Source: the human T2T-CHM13v2.0 reference genome, Homo sapiens
Strand: one strand, 5' to 3'
Assembly (NCBI RefSeq): GCF_009914755.1
Contig: NC_060926.1
DNA: 64,000 nucleotides
In this document: positions 59,057-64,000 of the stretch, piece after piece
Layout of the letters: each line of letters starts with the position of its first letter
Numbering within the stretch: position 1 is the first letter of the stretch
The notes under the pieces: generated by a model
What the model saw: only the letters and a program-made list of their open reading frames with translations
The model's database searches: none
Told to the model about the DNA's origin: nothing
Program-made: the position numbers and the translations under genes

Positions 59057-61029
59057 AACTATATACTCAATACCTAGGATTATGTTAAAAAAGGCAAGTC
59101 ACTGAACTAGTTCAATACTGTCCTTCAACAACTATCAAATTTCATTTTACTTCCCAGCCATGAACACGCATTTATACTCTATTAGGTTTGGAATCTTGAG
59201 AAGAAAGAGAAGTAGAGAACAAAAGAAAAGTGTATGAGGGATTGGTAGGAGTTGTAAAACAAAATAGTGTTTTAATCTTGTTCAGAAGTAAAGTGGTGGA
59301 ATTATCTATGAAAAAACAATTTCTGTCATATCACTTTTACACACCACCCTAATAATATATATACCAGAAGCAGTAAACCTAATAAAAACATAACAGTCAC
59401 TTAATCATTTACCAAGACTGCCTCTTTGCATTATCCCATCTCATTAAAATTTTCAATATTGCTTTTAATAGTACCTTTGTGATTTAAAAATGAGTCTAAC
59501 TTCTGGTATCTCACATGGTCAGAAGGCCACAATACTGTTCTTGGTTTACCAATTACACTAATAAGTGAATAAATTGAAGTATGGATGAATGGTTTTGTGG
59601 GATTCTGGAATGGTTATTTAAGTCATTTATATTTGGGTTTATTCTGCTATAATATTTCTGATTTAAAACTCCAGGAGGCTCTGGTATTATTAGGACGGTT
59701 TAATTTAGTTTTGATCTTTTACACGAATTTTTACTCACAGTTTCTTGCTTTATTTTACTTTTATTTTTTAAGTTTTCTATTTATTCTATTATTATGGTTT
59801 CACTCTCTAATTACACCTTTTCCAGTTGTGCTCAAACTAACATTCTACCCTCCCTCTCTGTGGAGTGTGTCAGACTTTACCATATTGACTGTGAGGCGTC
59901 ATCTACTTGCAAAGAAACAAGAAGGAATCCGTTGGATTCTCTTTGAGCTGCACCTACAAACATATTGAGCAAGGTCGTTTAGCAGCAGGTTTCAGCCTTT
60001 AACTCTCCCATTCAGAAGCAATAACACCACATTTTGAAGATAAAGGGTTTAATTTCCAAAGACTTTCATGATTCCCAGTCTTCTCGGCTACAGATTTACA
60101 TGAAACCCCCCTCTTATGACTTAGAACATAACTTTCAGCAAAACTGAAGTGTAGAAGAATAAAACGTTAAAAGAAAAAATAGGCAAAGAAATATGTAGGT
60201 GAATGTACACATACCTTCACATATATGGTTTTAGGAGAAGAGAGGAGATGTTAGGATAACAGTGAAGTTTATTAAAATCCTCATTTTGAATTAGTGCCAA
60301 ACTCCTTAGTTGAAATTACAATCACTGTTGTTACCTGTTTTAAGGGAAGAACAATCTGGAAAAAGTGAGGGTTCAGTCACTAAATTGGAATTTTGTCCCC
60401 TTGGCTTCCCAATACTTAAACTTAGAGAAGCAGGAGTCTGCTTTTAAAGCTATTGTTCCAAATAAAATCTTTTCTGTCCTCATAAGAGTGTCTATTTTTA
60501 CTGTACTACTGTTTTTATTGTAATGCACTCACATTTTGTACTCTATAACATAGTATTTTTGCCCATTGAAAAATAAAAGAAAATATTCTCATTCTAGGCT
60601 CAGCTAGAATGTGTTTAGAGATTATATCCAAACCTGGCACACACTTAGCACTAACAGTTTCCTTTTTTCATCTGAATTCTCCTGGGAGAAATGTAAATGG
60701 CAATGGCTACAGCAGCAGTTGGAGCTAATGTACTGATGGCTGCGGGAACCGTTACAACAGAGAGCCCCTTAGCTAGAACATTCCACTCAAAGGCCATTTC
60801 TGGAGAAAAATGGGCATTTCAGGGAAGACAATTATTAGACACAAACTGGATTATAGCCACTGTAAAAACAAAGAAGAAAATATGCTAGTTAAATATGTTG
60901 TGTCTTTCCTTCAGAAAACTTGATACAGCTATATTAATTTGTGTGTGTGTGTCTGTATTTGTGTATGCATGTATACTTACAAAGAGCACACATAGACACA
61001 CATTGAAAACGAATGCATTTCTATACATA

Positions 61030-61200
61030 GATAGTCCCTGTAAGTCTTTTTCCTCATCTGTAAAACAAAAGGAAATTTAAAGTATCTATCCAAAGTAATT
61101 GTGTAGAGTAAATGCATTAATACCTGAATCTGATAAACTAACTCTTGAACAGTACCTATCAGTGTCTGACATATAGTAAGTGCTCAATAAATATTTGTTG
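61030..61200 (+). mobile_element. MIR fragment
   Basis: ttcctcatctgtaaaac ... ctgacatatagtaagtgctcaataaat. Confidence 0.65.
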
Positions 61201-62424
61201 TTATATTTTTTATTGTTAATATCATTATATTTAAATATGTTTGGAATTAACAAAATTAACATCTGATTTATGATTTTATAATTAATTCAAATTTGCAGTC
61301 TCTTAAGCACTAATTTCACTTTATTTAAAACAGGATTTGGTAAAGTAAAACATACTAGAAAATAGATACACATCTTGAAAAATGTATAAAGGAAGTTTTT
61401 TTCCACCATGTAGCAATTAAAATAATAATATCTAGATCATTATGCTGTTTTTGTTCTGTTTTTTAAAATTCATAATTGTATTTAAGAGATAAAGGAAAAA
61501 AATCTTTTGACTAATTTTGAATGCTTTCACACCTGATACTATAAAGCCACAATCATTCTCACAAGCTCATTCAAAAATTAATTATAAAATTGACAACTTC
61601 ATGATTGTTGTATTCATCCATTTTAAAAGCATTTCAATAATAACTCAGTAAAGAATACCAAAAGTTTTGACAGATGTCAGTTGAATACTAGTGACATCAA
61701 CAGTAAAAGAAAAGAGAGCTCACTAATTACTGGGAATGAGAAGGGAGCTAAGAGGACTGTTATCCAGAAGAAATCGACCAGGAAATAATTGTGATTTATC
61801 ATTTCATAGACTCATAATACAAAGGGAGCTGATCAGAAAGTAGGCTAGAAGAATTCTGTGGCAGATCTTTAAGAGATCAACATTTCCTCGGAGTAAACAC
61901 CCTCCAGGGATCTGTATGAAAGATAATACCACGAAAAAAGGCTAACCTTCAAATTGTACAGTAACTATTTTTATTTACACAAACAACAAATTGTTAATAA
62001 TCAAGGGATAATTTAATAAAATAAAATAAAACAAATTTGTATTTACCTGAAAATCTTTCCCTTGAAATGTATGCCTATAATTAGCCACGCATTTGTTAGT
62101 CTGAATTTCCGAAATACCTTCAATTTACCTGAACATTCTCCCAGAGGATGACAAAGTTTAAATTTTTCTGTCATACACAGACATAGTATTATCATACTCA
62201 AAATAATAGATGAGTTTGAAGAAAAAAAAAAAACCTGTGGCTATAATATGTATATGTTCTTCCCTGTACTTAGAGCTCCCTTCAGTGTGTTTGGATTATC
62301 TTGCCCCTTTCCTCTACCATAACATTATAGAAACTATTTCTTTATGAGAGAAAAGGCTCATCTCTTACATATGAGTAGAAAATAAACAAAAATATTATTG
62401 TATTTTCTGCTAGATTTACTTGGA

Positions 62425-62964
62425 AGTATGTTCCAGTCACTATGGCTGCATAGTAAATTACCCTAAAACATGTGGTCTAAGACAACCACTTATAGTCTCG
62501 GTCCGAAATTATACAGGGCAGAGCACGAATGGCTTTTTCTCTCTACTGCATGATGTCTGAAGCCTTAGCAGGAAAACTGGGAGACTGGGTGCTGGAAGAG
62601 TCATCTGAAGGCTCACTCCCTCAGTCACATTGCTGATGGATGGTCCACGCTGGCTGTCAGTTAGGGTGCTCATTTCTTCTCTGTGCGGGAGTCTCTCCGT
62701 GTGTGCGAATTTGAGTTCCAAGGATGAGTATCCTAGAGAGAGGAAGAAAGGGAAAGGCCAGATTGCCCTTGAGGGCCTATCCTTGGAAGTCATGTGGCAT
62801 AACTTGCGCGGCATTCTATTGTTGTGTCAACTGCAGAGCCCCGCCCATTTTCAAAGGGATGGGAAATACACTCGACTTTTTGAAGAGGAGTGGCAAGGTA
62901 CTAGAAAAGCGTGTTGGACTGAAAATATTGTTGTGGTCACTTTTGAGAAATACTATCTGCCACC
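62425..62964 (-). mobile_element. MLT1 (H-like) MaLR LTR
   Basis: ctatggctgcatagtaaattaccctaaaac; gctggaagagtcatctgaaggctcactc; ccttggaagtcatg; tatctgccac. Confidence 0.7.
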
Positions 62965-63199
62965 GAGAACTTAGGTATTTAGGAAGAATGTGACAGTGGA
63001 TAATTCTTAATATGCAACGTCAGATTCTTACTGTTTATGAAGCTAGGGCCCAAACAAGCCCCATCTTCTGATATAGATATAATTCAACAAACACTAAGTA
63101 CCTTTCAAGAACAAAACATTATGCTACATAATTTAGGAAATACAAGTAACTTATTTAAGAATGCAAAAAGTACAATACAAAATGTTGAATTTTGGTGAG

Positions 63200-64000
63200 G
63201 TTGGGAGAGAGAAAGATTATCGTCAGGGAATCTGGAAGTTTTACCTTGATATGAATCTTGACGTGTAAGTAGGATTGATTGAGTAGAGAGAAGAAAGAAC
63301 ATTTCTTCTAAAGAAAAGAGCTTGAGGAATGGTTGCAAGGTGAGGTAAAAAGGTATATTGAGATGATTCATTGGTCTAATATTAGAAGTGGGGAGGAAAT
63401 GGTTACAAGGTGGCGTGGTAAGGGGAGTGAAAAAAAACAACTAGAAGATTTGGATTGGATCATGGACGCTGTCACTGTCTAGGGGCAAGGGAGCAATTTA
63501 AAATTAGTTTTGAGCAGGAAAATTATAATCAGAATTATGCTTTAGGAAGGATTCTCTTCTAGAACTACATAGCTAGGGAAGACAAAGGAAGTGACAGGGA
63601 GGCAATCGGGAAAATATCTTCAAACATAAGGCAGCAAGCAGTAAGAGCCTGGGTTAGAATAGATCCAGAGGTTACCAAAAAACGTTTTGACATAAGGGCT
63701 TTCCCAAGGTAGAAATGACTGGACAGAATGCATAATAGAATTTCTGGGCAAATGATTGTGTATTAAATATAGTGAAGAGACAACTCTCTATTTTAAAACC
63801 AGGAACACCTGGAGGCTGATGAAGACAATAATAGTTAAAAGAACAGAAAACGTGAATGGATATGGAGGTCGTTTTTAGGTATGTGGTGGTTATAAGAAGT
63901 TTACAGTATATCAGTGCATAGTTTCCAGAAGATAGGTGGAAATCTAGAGCTTAGAAAAGCCTGAACTATAGGTGAAACAACATTAAGCAGTCAGTCATGA
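63200..64000 (-). mobile_element. L2 fragment
   Basis: Purine-rich antisense L2 motifs (ttttgagcaggaaaattataatcagaatt, tttaggaaggattctct, ggtggaaat..ctagagctt). Confidence 0.55.

Noticed and set aside
59881-59953. Possible 73-nt minus-strand exon (tttgtag| ... atg|gtaaag)
   Set aside because: Weak polypyrimidine tract, no recognisable coding signal and no partner exons.

Overview
AT-rich, CpG-poor primate (very probably human) intergenic or intronic DNA. I find no intact protein-coding gene, RNA gene or CRISPR array. The only gene-derived feature is a near full-length, intronless, disabled processed pseudogene of METAP2 on the minus strand (about 15959-18274). It has a poly(A) remnant, a 16-bp target-site duplication (TSD) at an L1 endonuclease site, an AluS in its 3'UTR and a large AAG/GAG expansion grown from a poly-Lys tract. 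The rest is a transposon landscape: about 10 Alus, L1M/L2/MIR fragments, solo LTRs (MSTB, MLT2, MER41B, MLT1), DNA transposons (MER75, MER58A, MER104, MER5) and simple repeats. The most notable observations are a 97-bp inverted templated insertion with stuttered junction repeats, a MER41B LTR with tandem GAS motifs, a palindromic AT-rich tract, a closely spaced inverted Alu pair and an old MLT1 LTR with unusually many CpGs. Repeat family names come from recalled consensus sequences, not from a database search. I cannot support a genuinely new biological system from this sequence.
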